Below, piece after piece: positions 1 through 14,349 of a stretch of 64,000 bases of DNA. The DNA is from the human T2T-CHM13v2.0 reference genome, Homo sapiens: assembly GCF_009914755.1 (NCBI RefSeq), contig NC_060930.1. One strand, 5' to 3'. A model generated the notes under the pieces. The model ran no database searches. It was not told the DNA's origin and worked only from the letters and a program-made list of their open reading frames with translations. The position numbers and the translations under genes were made by a program. Positions within the stretch are counted from its first letter, which is position 1, and every line of letters begins with the position of its first letter.

Positions 1-1954
1 GATATGTATATTTTTAAGGTTACAATTAGATGCATTCTTAAAGTACTAATTGCAGAAAGAAATTCAAATGCTGTTTTAGAAGCTACAGGAAACATGGTTA
101 GTAACAAAATAAAGAAAACCAAACAACATCCAAGCTGGGGGAATCCTAGGGCAAAACACCAGAAGAAATAGAATGAAATTCAGAAAAACAAATTTTGGAC
201 TAAAAACCAGGAAAATAAAGGTTAAAAAGGGGAATATTACAACACAGAACAATTTCCAAGAGGAAAAAGAAATAAAACATTGGTTGACTCATAGCAGGGT
301 CAACCTTAAAGAAAGGAAAATGCCTTAAAACAGGAAAAAATAAGCTTTTTATATACCTTATTGAGTTCTTATTTTTCAGAACACATGTTTCATGTCTCAT
401 TTTAGAACTGTAACTTTCCTATGATCTTTGAGTGGTTAATACTGTTCAACATGAATTTTGCCATTTTGCATTTATTAGCAGGTCCAAATATCCACCCTAC
501 CCCCATCTGCAAGATTTCTGACAGTATTTAAGTCTTTTCCATGTTCACAGAAAACTTCTTTATAAATGAGTCATTTTTTTTTTTTAGGGAAAAAAATATT
601 CTCACTGCCAAATTGTAGGGTTGAAGAAAAGAATACAGAATCAATTTAATTTTCCTCCATGATTCATAGTTACAAAGCTTCAGGAAATATGTATAGCATT
701 GAAATGGAAATTAAGGAAATAAAATCCCCAAATGTGCAAGGGTCACCAACTATTCTGTGCTCAATTCTAATCATGTCATAAAATATTCTGCCAATCTAAA
801 TATACACATTTTTGCAAAGTAGTGAGGAGGGTAGAGATATTAGTTTCCTTGAAATACTCTAAACTTAAAAATAAGAATAAATTCCAAAGAAATAATTTTG
901 GATGTCACCCTCCTTTTAAAAATGTAAGAATGTGATTTAAAGTTTATTCCATTAAATAATTTTCTTCAAAGATTTCCAAAATTCCAACAGATAGTCTTGG
1001 GTACACAGCCAACGTAACTAGGTAACCAAAACCAAGTGTGTATTTTTAATGTCCACTGTGGAATCTTCTAGTTGTTGTTGGCAGGCTTTATAGCTCTATG
1101 CAATTAAATTTCAAGAAAATTAATAAATCTCTGTCATTCTATGTATAACTAATATAGAAACTAGTTTGCTACTTAACCCAACTATTAGTCAAGTGGTTTA
1201 TATGCTTTTACTGATTGCTTAGATTACTTCATTAATAAGTTCCATTAATATATGTAAAATTACACCTGAGCTAAGTGCTATGAAAGAACTACACTGCTAT
1301 GGGAGGTGAAGGGCAAGCAGTTGGGAGTTTTTCTAAGAGACAAGGGAATACTAAAGAAAGCACAATGCCTAAGAGGAATTCCTCCAATATGCCATGCATC
1401 AGGAAAAGATATACCATATCCACAAAGCCAAAAGAGAGAGAATAAGCAGAAGCAAGCTGAAAAACATATTGGAATGGTAGACGAGGTTATCTGCACAGCT
1501 CGTGGGTCTTACAAAGGACTCAAAAACATTTCTACTTCAAATTAAAGAAAACTACATTAACTATAAATGAGATTTAGCCTAAATCTAATCCTCTCTCATA
1601 TAGGAAAGGTAAACAGTGGATAGATAAATATAGAGCAACATCATCCAGTTTCCTATATTTCCCTTGAGCTAAGCACATAAATGAAAAACATTGCCTACCT
1701 TTGACAAATAATCTCTGCAGATAGAACTAGGTCCTTAAATTCACAGAATTTAATTAAACTTTGGTAAACTGCCTTATTCCCTGAATTAGGTTACACTTAA
1801 ACTTATACTAAGCTTATTTCAAAAGGAGAATGTACAACTTTCTAAGGTAACTTAAACCATCTTTAGTAAATCTTACTTCCCAACATAAATCTCTAGTAAT
1901 TGTGCTTTTCATACTCAAAGAGAGGCGATCAATAGCTAACCTCATTTCCTCTCT

Positions 1955-2200
1955 TGCTGTCCTGCTACATTTTTTCCATAGTACTTAACACCATCTGATG
2001 TTGTGTGTGTGCATTTATTACCTATTTCTCCCCAATAGAATGTGAGCTTCAAAATGACAAGGTTGGGGGGTTGTTTTTTGCTTTTTTTTTTTCTGTTTTG
2101 TTCATTGCTATATATCCTTAGCCTAGAAGAGTGCCAGGAATACAGTAAACACCCAGCAAATATAGGTATATGACTGAGTGAGGAACAGAATAAATAAGCA
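1955..2200 (+). mobile_element. L2 LINE 3' fragment
   Basis: tagaatgtgagcttc...gcctagaagagtgccaggaatacagtaaacacccagcaaatat resembles the L2 3' end. Confidence 0.6.
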
Positions 2201-2524
2201 AACAAATCAATAATTACTGAGTTCAACCAGTTATCACCAACCGAGAACTCTAATAGTAGAAACAGCCCTACATTCACATGCACAAACTTATCTTTAAAAT
2301 CATAGATGTTAGATGCGTCAGTGACCAATTCTTTGAAGAATTTAATATACCAATAACATTGGTGTGTATATATATACATACATGTCTACACACATTATTA
2401 TATATACTACCTATAATATATATCTAAGTAATCTATTTAAGTGACATGTGAGATAAACATGGAATAATCTACATACGACTTTCACAGAAGGAGAATGTTG
2501 AAGAAAAATGAATTAGCTGGTCAG

Positions 2525-3048
2525 GCTCATCTCATGGGTCCTACTTGTTTTACTAACCATTCAACCCCTGCCAAGATACTCCGCAAGCCTGAGAGCTAGT
2601 TTTCCTCCCTGTCCTCTTTTTCTCTAGCATCATTCTTGAATATCTGAAAATAGTATCTCTTGTTTGGATTATACGCAAATTCAGTAAACCCTCCCTCATA
2701 GGCTGTCTTCTGAGTTTTAAATGCTCCCAGTTATGCTCTTCTGAATGAATTCCAGTTCCTGCATGCCTCTCAAGTGTGGAGTCCTAAACCAAATCCAACA
2801 CTCCAAGAGGCAGGACTGTCATTTCTTTCAATACAGTTGTCATATATCTACTAACTATGCTAAAAATTATATCAGCCTCTTAGGCAGCCACATTTCATAC
2901 AGCGATGCCTTTTCACCAAGGTTAAAGCTTTCTCTAGGAAAGCCTTATAAAGGCATAGTTTTAAATAACTAAAAAAGCAATAAACTGCCCAAGGGTAGGA
3001 TAGTTCATTTGTAGTAAATGGTTCATATTTTAGCTTATTAGTGAGACA

Positions 3049-3087
<39 letters not shown>

Positions 3088-3865
3088 CATAAAATAAATA
3101 AATAAATCTATTTGCCAAGGAGTTCAAACTGAGGTGAGAGTTCAGGTAGACACTGTTCTATCTAGAATGTATTTCATATACTTTGTAAGTAAGCCATCTC
3201 TTGTAATTCTCTTCTCCAAGCTAAATAATAGCCATTTCTTTGGCCTTTAATCAGCTGTATCCCATTTTCCAATTCTTTAATCTTCATGGCATTCAGCCCC
3301 AAATTCCCAACAGCTCTTAAACTGTTGAGTCCACAACTGGCACCATGTTCAGTTAAGGGTCTGGAAAAAGGAAAGCATAATAAATAAGCTTATCTCATAG
3401 GCCTTACTTGTTTTTTTAATTACTCACCCTCAACAAGTGTACTCTGCAAGCCTAAGGGCTGCTTGTCCACCCCGTCCTCTTATACTCTATCACCATTCTT
3501 GAATATTTCAAAGTAGCATCTCTTGTTTGGATTATACCTGAAGTTCAGTGAATCTTCCCTCACAGGCTGTCTTCTGAGTTCTGGCCCACTCCAAGTTATA
3601 CACTTCTGAATGAATTCCAGTTCCTTCGTGTGCCTCAAGTATAGAGTTCTAAAGCAAATCTAACACTCCAGAAGCAGGGCTGTCATCTCTCTCAATACAG
3701 ATGTTATGCATTTACAAACTATGCCAAAAAATTGCATCAGCCTTTTAGGCAGCCCTATTACATACATTAATCCCTTTTTCATCAGCTTAAATAACATCTC
3801 AAAGACAAGTAAGACCCATACATTTATTCCAGTTGAATTTCACTGTAAATAGCTCATTTTCTAAG
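2525..3865. repeat. Old direct duplication (~2525-3030 vs ~3387-3865) of CR1/L3-like sequence
   Basis: Colinear shared blocks such as tctcttgtttggattatac, ggctgtcttctgagtt, cttctgaatgaattccagttcct and ttaggcagcc, offset by ~860 bp. Confidence 0.8.
3043..3083. repeat. (GA)n microsatellite
   Basis: gagacaagagacagagagagag... run. Confidence 0.9.
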
Positions 3866-4229
3866 TTCTCCAAATCTTTTTGGATCTTCATGTTACCTCA
3901 AATGCAAAAATAAATTCCCAGTGAAATCAAGACTTAATAGGCATTAAAGATCATAATAAGATAAATTAACATACACGAGTAGCTAATGCTAAAGAAAAAT
4001 AACACTGGAACTAATAAAAAGAAAACATTACATTCTGGGGAAATTTTACATTTCTAAAAATTAAAAACAAAATTATAAACCAGATTAGTAGTCAGAAGAA
4101 ACATTTACACCATATATAGCAAAGAATTAATTCTCTTAATGCATAAGATCTTATTGGCCCATATGAAATATACCCTCACTCCTATAGAAAATAGGCAAAG
4201 GACAAGAAAAGATACTTCACAAGAAGAGA

Positions 4230-4750
4230 ACTCATCCTAAATGTCAGACTTCTATATCCATCTGCCTACCTAAAATTTCTACTTGAATGACTAACATATA
4301 AATTTAAACATTGCCAAAACCACACTCCTGATTTTCCTCACCTAGTTCTATCTCCTCCATTCTCCCATGAATCCATAGTCTCCTTTGACTTCTCTCTTTC
4401 TCTCAAACCCATATCCAATAGATCAGCAAGTCCTGTTAGCTCTAACTTCAAAATATCCCCCAAATGTAAGCAGTTCTCTTTACCTCACCACTATCACTCT
4501 GACCCTAGCTGCCATCCTCTCACCCCTGGATTGTTACAAGAGCCTCCTGACTTCTCCTTCTGTGTTTGCGCTCATCTTCCTAAAATCTACTCTCAACCCA
4601 GAAGCCAAAGTAATTTCTTTTAAAAATAAGTTAAATCACATCGGTCTCCTACTCCAGTTACTCCATTGCTCACTCCAACTGAAAGCCAAACTCATAACAA
4701 TGGTCTAAAGAACTCTATGCCATCTTCCCTTCCTTCTCCTTCCTCCATAT
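4230..4750 (+). mobile_element. L2 LINE fragment
   Basis: ctatatccatctgcctacc...ctctcacccctggattgttacaagagcctcctgac...aaatcacatc resembles the L2 body. Confidence 0.6.
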
Positions 4751-4951
4751 CCAAATTGATTTCCTATTAACCTTCCCCCAACCAGTACTTTATATTTTTG
4801 TGGTTTCATCAGTCACGTAACTTTGAAATTCCCCACCTGTGATGACCTCATATTAAACCTCATATTTCTATGAGGTTTAATGCTCCATAGAAGGCTGCCC
4901 CTGTCTGCACCTCTAGTTCACTCAGTGGCACATTAAAGAGTTGGGGGAACT

Positions 4952-5338
<387 letters not shown>

Positions 5339-5657
5339 CTATTGGTAGCAGTGAGCTATCAGTTTTTCCAACTCACTTCCTGAGCCCACTAACATAGAAA
5401 ATCATCTCTAGAATTTTACAGCTTAGTCTACTTCTCTCTTAGCCAATATGATGGTCTTCATGGAATCCTAGAATATCAGATTAGAGAGAACCTAGGCCTC
5501 ATCTGGAACCATCTTCTCATTTTCCAAACAGAGAAACTGAGGCCCATAAAAGCAAAGCAGCCTATGCTCAGCAAAGAGTAAAACAACCCCAGATCTCTCT
5601 AATGATCAGCTTGGGCTTTTGCTTTAGTAAAGTACTTTACTTCATAAAGAGTAACTC

Positions 5658-6030
<373 letters not shown>

Positions 6031-6721
6031 TCATAAGCTAGTGCTATTTCCACATATGGCCTTCTTTAACAAATCAATGTATAAATCTCTGTAATGCCTT
6101 CAGTAGCTGTACTCCTCTGAATTACCTGGCAGGATATATAAATATTTCCCCTACCTCTTTTGTAATGTTAAAATTGTAAAGCAATAATATATTCAGACAC
6201 TGTGATAATAGAGGTTATTTAACTGACAAAGAACTGAGAAAGAAATGGAAGGATCTGAAATAGCTCTTTAATTTTGGTTGAAGGCACTTTTCAATTATGA
6301 AAATTAGTATTTCTCCAGAGTGGAATAATTTCCTATTTAAAGTTTCAGTTGGCTTGGCCTGGTTATAATGTGTGAAAGAGATTCAAATAGCTTATTGAGG
6401 GGGGTTGCACAGAAACAAGTCCAAACAAAGCAGAATTCCCTTCAAATTGTTCCTTCCAAGTTTCCTTGGTCCAGATGGCTCCAATAGCCAGCCAGAGGCC
6501 CCACCCACACCTACCCACTCCCACTGGGTGCTGGCCTTGAACACATACTAATGACCCTCAGCTGTTTTGGCTCCCAGGCTTGCTTGTTCTTCCTGCCTGA
6601 CCACCCAACGTCACATTCCCTACAGAGGAAAAGAAATATGGGGGAAGTAGGGAGACACTGCGGGGAGGGGCTGGATATTTAAGAAAAAGTCATACCTTTG
6701 GGAAGACAGGATTTGGGCTGA

Positions 6722-7180
6722 TGTATCAGTTTCCTACTGCTGCTATAACAAATTACCCCAAACACAGCAGCTTAAAACAACACCAATTCACTACCTTACA
6801 GTTTCAGTGGTCAGAAGTCTGAAAGGAATCTTAGATAAATTAAGGTACCAGCCAGACTGCATTCTTTCTGGAGGCTCTAGGGGAGCTTCCCTTTTCCAGC
6901 TTCTAGAGGCTGCCATTGTTCCTGGGCTCACGATTACCTCACTGTGCTCTCTGCTTCCATCACAGACTCTCTTTCTCTGACTCTGACACTCCTGCCTCCC
7001 TTTTATAAAGACTTTTGTGTTTATATCTGGCTGCCCAGATAATCCAGGCCAATCTCCCATCTCAAGATCATTAAATTAATGATATCTGCAAAGTTCCTTT
7101 TGCATGTAAAGTAACACATTTACAGGTCTTAAAGATTAGGATGTGGACATCTTTGAGGGACCATTATTCTTCCTACCACA
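6722..7180 (-). mobile_element. MLT1-type MaLR solo LTR
   Basis: Termini tgtatcagtttcctactgctgctataacaaattacc ... ccattattcttcctaccaca. Confidence 0.8.
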
Positions 7181-7989
7181 GTTGTGTTTTTCTTTGAGAC
7201 TACTATCAGATACTACCATAGTTATCTATATATAAAATCATACACACAGACACCAAAACACATACATGTACTAAATGAGATGAGGCAATAAATAATTCTA
7301 TTATAACTTAGTCAGAGTCATAGAGTAATATCCATGAGTATTATATCAGGCTAACAATAATTCACCTCCAGTGCTTCATGCATGGGAAGATTTTTTTTTT
7401 TAAACAAAGAAAACCAAGGGCTGATAGCCTGTGGAAGGCCTGCTCAGCACTCACTTCCAAACATTACCCAGGATTTTTTTATCACTAAAAAGAAGACCTA
7501 AATAATTTAGCAGTGCCATCTGGGAGCTCTGTGTCATTATTAGGCATGAGCAGATGACATCAGTGTGTGAACTGCATTGGCTCTGGAGTCAGTACAGCAC
7601 TTCAGCTGCCAGTCACAGAAAAAGTAGGTCCCAGGAAAGGGGTCTGCAGGCTAAGGAGGCTCACATTTATAAAACTCAGCTCACCCAGTGTAATTAGGGC
7701 GAAACTCACATAGGACCTCAGGGAAGTATCTTCAGTGAGATTAAAGAATTGCAGTGAGGAAATGCAATAAAGTCATATGACATCTTAAGTAAAAGTGAGA
7801 AAGGAATGGGTTATAAGGGAAATTATAAGGCAAATGTTGGCATATAATGGGGGTCGAAGATAAATACAAAAGAGGAGAGGTTAGGTTTGGAGTCTATTCC
7901 TTCAATTCAATTTCATTCAAATAGAAGCTGTCTTATGATAATTCCCTCAATTAAATTCCCCCAAAATAGCCTACTTAGCTATTTCAGTG

Positions 7990-9480
7990 CTATCAGCTTG
8001 ACTTCTGTCTCATATAAAGATTTAATTGCCCACACTCTCCATCCAGGCCAAGCTCTACTTTTCTAACTAGAATCAACGCCCTCCAACCTGCCTATGGATT
8101 TTCCTCCTGAAAATATCCCCTATCTTCCAAACTTTCATTTTTTTCTTTTGCCTCATTTTCATCATTATAAAAACATGCTACAATATCTCCCATTTTTTAA
8201 AAACCCTGACTTTAAAACATTGCCCCAATTCTACTGCTCTGGGTCTCTGCTTCCTTTTATATCTCTCAGAAAAAAAAAAAATCTACATTCACTTTCACCA
8301 TTTTTCTTATCTCCCTCTCTGTGCTTAATTCATTTCAATCTGTTGTTTGTACTACCCTCCCTGAAATCCTACTCATCAAGGTCCTCAAATACTCCTGTGT
8401 AGCAAATCCATGGTCTAGTCTAGGCTTCATTCTTCTGGATCTCTTGACAACAATAACACACCTAATAGGATGACACTTCCCTGGTTTTCCTCCCATCTCA
8501 CTGATAAGTCCTTCCCAAATTCCTGGGCTGGACCCACTTTCTCTTTTTCACCTGTAAGAGAGCCCTGTGGTCAGTCCCCTGCCACCTTCTCTTCTCTATT
8601 TATTTGTATTCACTTCCTAAGTGATCTCATCCACTCTCATGGTTTTGCATACATCTGCATGAAAATAAGTCCCAACTGGCCACCTCCAACCTGTCCAAAA
8701 ATATAGTCCCAATTCCCCCCTGCTATGGTTTGGATGCTTGCCCCCTTGAAAATTCACATTGAGATTTAATTGCTATTGTAACAGTAATAATATGTGGGGC
8801 TTTAAGAGGTAGTTAGGTCATGGAGACACTTATTGTGGGAGTGGGTTAGTTACCAAGGGAGTGAATTCTTGATAAAAAGGATGACTGACCCCCTTGTTCT
8901 CCTGCTCACTCCCACTCCACTACCTCTCACTCACACTCTCATCTTGTGATAATTTCTGCCAAGACCTTGCCAAATACTAGTGTCATGCTCTTGGACTTCC
9001 CAGCCTGCAGAATCATGAGCCAAATAAACCTTTCTTTATAAATTACTTAGTCTGTGGCATTCTGTTATGCAACAGAAAATGGACTAAGACATGTCTATAA
9101 AACTTCTGTCTCCCCCAGTCTTGCCCAGTACAGTAAATGGCACCACAATTCACCCAGTTGCTCAAGCTATACTCCTTTGATTCTTCTTTGATTCCTCTCT
9201 TCCTTTCATATCCTATATCTAAATTTGCTAGCAATTCTAGTCAGCTTTCCATTAAGAATAACCCAGAATCTGACTACTTCTCCATTCTCCCACCGTATCA
9301 CCCTAGTACAAACTACTCTTACCACTCACAATCATGAAACAACCTCCTGCATAGTCTCCTTTCTTCTACTCTTGCCCCCATATAATCTACTCTCCAAATA
9401 GCATTTATATTTATCCTTCTAAATCATAAAACAGATCAAATCACTGTCTTTCTCAAAGTCCCTAAGTAGATTGCCCTCAC
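7990..9480 (+). mobile_element. L2 LINE fragments interrupted by an MST LTR
   Basis: Pyrimidine-rich L2-like text (gtgatctcatccactctcatgg; aatggcaccacaattcacccagttgctcaag) on both sides of the LTR. Confidence 0.55.
8721..9091 (+). mobile_element. MST-type MaLR solo LTR
   Basis: tgctatggtttggatg ... ttggacttcccagcc ... aataaacc ... aaatggactaagaca. Confidence 0.85.
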
Positions 9481-9640
9481 ACTCTGAATCCCTGTGTGTC
9501 AGCTGAAAAAATGCTGCCCCAACAACCACACAACATCACCTTAGCTCTCTGCATTTCCAGGTGGCTACCACTTTTGTTTACCCCTTCAGCCTCCCTACTT
9601 TTTAAGAAAAAAAAAATTTCCCCAAGTTTGCTTTCTTTTT

Positions 9641-9916
9641 TCTTTTTTGAGTTCAGGGGTACATGTGCAGGTTTGTTACATAGGTAAACTTGTGTCATGG
9701 GGATTTGTTGCACAGATAATTTCATCACCCAGGTATTAAGCCTAGTACCCATTAGTTATTATTCCTGACCCTCTCCCCCCTCCCACCTTCCACCTTCCAA
9801 TAAGCTCCAGTGTGTGTTGTTCTCCTCTATGCGTCCATATGTTTTCATGATTTAGCTCCCAGTGATAAGTGAGAAGATGCAATATCTCATTTTCTGTGTT
9901 AGTTTGCTAAGGATAA
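9641..9916 (-). mobile_element. L1PA (older) 3' UTR fragment
   Basis: ggggtacatgtgcaggtttgttacataggtaaac... is the reverse complement of an L1 3' end. Confidence 0.85.
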
Positions 9917-10330
9917 TTAACCTCCCTTTTTGGATAATCTTTCTCTAGAGAGGTTTACCTGTTTATCCATCCTCTTCCCATGCAGCACATTTCCCTAGTA
10001 TAAAAAGCCTCAGCACATTACTACTTCTTCAAAATCTGGCTAGTTGTGGTTTTTTTTGTTTGTTTGTTTTATTTTTTGTTTTTTAATTTCTTAGGAAATC
10101 TCTCTCAGGAACTTAAGCAACTCTTTCATCCTCATGGTTAAGGTATTGATGATTTCACATTATATCTATGGTTCTTTCATTCCTCGAACAATTTTGATTC
10201 ACAATGTAAACATTCCCACTCTTTTGTGGTAAGAATTAATGCCTCATGATAAAGAAAATCTCAGGAAATGCTTCATTTTGGTGACAATTATAATTTGACA
10301 TTCAAACATTCAAAAGCTAATTCCTTTTCA

Positions 10331-10617
10331 TTTTATTTTGAGACAGACTTTTGTGCTGTCACCCAGGCTGGCATGATCTCAGCTCATGCAGCCTCCGCCT
10401 CTCGTGTTCAAGTGATTCTTGTGCCTCAGCCTCTTAAGTAGCTGGGATTATAGGTGTGTGCCACCACACCCAGCTAATTTTTGTATTTCTTTTTTTTAAT
10501 AGAGATGGGGTTTCACCAAGTTGGCCAGGCTGGTCTCAAACTGCTGGTCTCAAGTGATCCACCCACCTAAGCCTTGTGAATTGCTGGGATTATAGGCGTG
10601 AGCCACCATGCCCAGCC
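10331..10617 (-). mobile_element. Alu (S/J)
   Basis: Reverse Alu flanked by TSD aaaagctaattc. Confidence 0.9.
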
Positions 10618-10969
10618 AAAAGCTAATTCTTCGTGTTTACTCTTATAAACATGCTGATAGTGACTTAACTGTAAATATTTGCCTAAAGTGCTTTAAAGTT
10701 GATTTATGTTCCCTTTACATCTCTAAGTTTCCTTGAGCCTTAGAGGATATTGTATTTTTTAGTCAGACTATAAATATATCCCAGTGTATACATTATTAGG
10801 AAAATAACATTACCTTTAAAAGTGTTTTTAATTTGAAAGCTTCCACAGATGTGCAGAGAAAAGACAATAGAATTTCTAAAACCAGCCCTTCATGATACTG
10901 AGAACTCACTGGACAATATTTTCTTTGCAGCAAAGATGTATGCAATTTTGAAGTAAGATAACTAAAAGC

Positions 10970-11553
10970 TGACTAGAACACTAACTCTCTTCCCAAGCTG
11001 GGCTTAACATTCTCTTCAACTTGACTAAACTTAGGCAGCTTTCTTCCTGACCGTGGATCCCTGACCTCCCTTTTCCTTAGAGCATTTGCTTTAGAGGACT
11101 TAAAATTGTAAATTCCTTCTCTGCTCCTTTGAAATGTAAATACTCTAAAAAGCTACTTGTCAATTTTATAACCCAGAAATGTCTTTCTCAAGGACCTGAG
11201 AGCCACCCCTTTGAAATGTAATCATCAAGGAAGATAGTGTCCCCACTATCTTCCAGTCTGTGAGGGAGGGTGTGTACCTAACTTTGATGAGCACCAATTA
11301 GTAAAGGGAGATGGCCTGATCACAGAGGAAAACATTTGCAAACTGTGGAATAACTCAATGTGCTTAAGCCTACTGATCAACCTCCCATCTAAAGTCCTCT
11401 ACTACTTTTCCATTAACTTGTCCTAGTGCTCACACACCCTAGCTCCTTTCGTTCCAACAGAGTTGAGTTCAGTCTCTCCTTCCTATGGCAGCAGTCATGA
11501 ATAAAGCTTTCCTTGTCTGTTTAGATTTGCTCAGCAAAACTTTTACTTTGACA
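10970..11553 (+). mobile_element. ERV1-class solo LTR (MER34/MER39-like)
   Basis: ccctgacctcccttttccttagagcatttgctttagag...ctttctcaaggacctgagagcc...cctttgaaatgtaatcatcaagg. AATAAA at 11500-11505 and terminal tttgaca. The 5' boundary is approximate. Confidence 0.7.
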
Positions 11554-11599
11554 CTGTAATCCCAGATATACCGGAGATGACTAAGCTTTCAGTACTCAC

Positions 11600-11662
11600 A
11601 GGCTTACCATCTTGACCAGGTTGTCCAGGGTAGCCAGGGTTCCCAGGCAGTCCAGGGTCACC
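11600..11662 (-). CDS. COL21A1: COL21A1 exon 10: triple-helical exon with 7 Gly-X-Y triplets (63 nt)
   Basis: Acceptor ttcctgcttag|GGT. Encodes GDPGLPGNPGYPGQPGQDGKP. Donor CCT|GTGAGT. Length is a multiple of 9 nt, as expected for collagen exons. Confidence 0.95.
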
Positions 11663-12023
11663 CTAAGCAGGAAGCAAACAAACTTTTGAGTACAAAACAA
11701 CCAGCCACATTGGTGCAGTCAGGATCAATAAAAGTTCAAAACCAATTCCATTATTTGAGGTTTTTTGTATGTTAAAAACAAAAGTAAAAAAAAAAAAAAG
11801 CCATATTTTAAATGCTTACTTAATAAATAATGCATTTTATTATACTGAACTTTCAATGATTTATTTATGTGACCACACCAAGTATAACTATAGCAAGTAA
11901 AGCATTTTTCACTGATGCAAAATATGCACATTTATGGTAGGATACATTTTTAGAATTCTGAACGAACTGTAAAGTGACATAGCAAATATGGTCTCCATGA
12001 TAGCAATATTTGACTCATAAGAC

Positions 12024-12315
12024 TTTTTTTTTTTTTTTTTTTTGAGATGGAGTCTTGCTCTGTCACCCAGGCTGCAGTGCAGTGATGCGATCTCGGCTCA
12101 CTGCAACCTCCACCTTCTGGGTTAAAGAGATTCTCCTGTCTCAGCCTCTCGAGTTGCTGGGACTACAGGCATGTGCCACCATATTCAACTAATTTTTATA
12201 TTTTTAGTAGAGATGGGGTTTCACCATGTTTGCCAGTCTGGTCTTGAACTCCTGACTTCAAGTGATCTGTCTGCCTCAGCCTTCCAAACTGCTAGGTGAG
12301 CCACTGCACCCAGCC
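12024..12315 (-). mobile_element. Alu (S)
   Basis: Poly-T followed by a reverse Alu body. Confidence 0.93.
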
Positions 12316-12946
12316 TATAGACTTAATTATATCGTATAGGTTCTACATATATAGATATTGATGTCCTATAATACAACTTAACTCATATTTATTTTAAAAA
12401 TAGTCTGTAGACCATGTGATCTCTCATGTAGAATTCAAGTTTAAAGCTGCATGACTATCATTTCTTTCAATCCTGTAAGTGTGTTGCTGTGTTACTGTCT
12501 ATACTTGCAATCTCAGATTAACATAATATTACTATGAGAGCAAGGCCCAGGCCAAACAACTCTATTCCAAGTCCCATAATTCTTGAATACATGTAATATT
12601 TAAATGAAGAAAAAAACCTTTATCCTCAAAAACCTAAGATCTTTAAAGAACACTGTTTAATACCACATGGCAATGAGCTCAGTCACACTCTATGGAACTC
12701 TTGCGTGTTGCCCAATGGCCAGTACTGACCATTCAGATGGTCACCATCCATGTAAAAAAAACATGAAAGCAACACTTTTTGTGAGGTGAGGGTGTTTTAT
12801 AATTTAATTCTAAAAAATACTAAAAAATATCATAGGTATCTATCTCTGAATTCGTGAAGTCTAAATGGAGCATCCTGCTGAAAAATATGAAGTCACTGCC
12901 GTAAGTATCAGGGTGTTCCTATATAGATGCACATGATTTCTATTAA

Positions 12947-13288
<342 letters not shown>

Positions 13289-14052
13289 CTCTTTACTATT
13301 TTTTATCAAGAAATCATTCACATAGAAATCAGTCACCTACCCTGTGATTAAGGGTACTATTACAGAGCCAAATTTCATGGAAATACTACTTCAGACTCCT
13401 GGCTAGGGAAATTTGTTCCTGAAACAACAGGAAAAAAAATGGAAAGAACTAAGTGAACTCTAATAAGGAACCAATAAAGCAGGGATGAGCTGTTCACTTA
13501 GCAGCTGCCCCCCAAGAGGCTTAGCTTGAGGAAAGGCTTGAGAAGAAGGGAAATGTCATTTTTAAAAGACAGAAAGAAGAGCCGTAAATCCAAGGGGGGA
13601 AAATAATGCTGAACCATGTAATGTCTCGCTGAATAAATGTAATTTGTAATTCTAATCCAAGGACTTGCAGTGGTGGCTGGGCATTAGGAAACAACTTTCT
13701 GTGTCTCTAGGGAGTTAGAATTTCTCTCTTATTTTGAGAAGGTGCACATTAATCTCCAGCCTCCCTGCCATCCTTCCTTATCCATGTGCTGATTGGACTT
13801 GCTGCCTTTCAAGAAATTCCATGTTTTTCTTTTCCCTGGAATAAATTTTCCTCTTTTTCCACTCTAGAGTTAATAAGAGAAAATTATCCTCACTGCAACT
13901 TTCTTACTCCATTTTTTCCTGGTGTCTTTTTCTACTGAAATGCTATGATAGCTCTTAAATCACTTATTCATAACTAGTGTTTTCTCAAAGTTTTCCCTTG
14001 GTTAGTCTTCATTTATCACTTGGATTGAGACTGTAGCAAAGTCTGAATTACA

Positions 14053-14349
14053 TTTTTTTTTTTTTTTTTGAGACGGAGTCTTGCTCCGTCACCCAGGCTG
14101 GAGTGCAATAGCATGATCCTGGCTCACCACAACCTCCACCCCGCAGGTTCAAGTGATTCTCCTGCCTCACCCTCCCAAGCAGCTGGGATTACAGGCATGC
14201 GCCACCATGCTCAGCTAATTTTTATAATTTTAGTAGAGACAGGGTTTCGCCATGTTGGCCAGGCTGGTCTTGAACTCCTGACCTCATGATCCATCCACCT
14301 CTGCCTCCCAAAGTGTTGGGATTACAGGTGTAAGCCACCATGCCTGGCC
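14053..14349 (-). mobile_element. Alu (S)
   Basis: Reverse Alu; a second T tract follows at 14354-14374. Confidence 0.93.
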
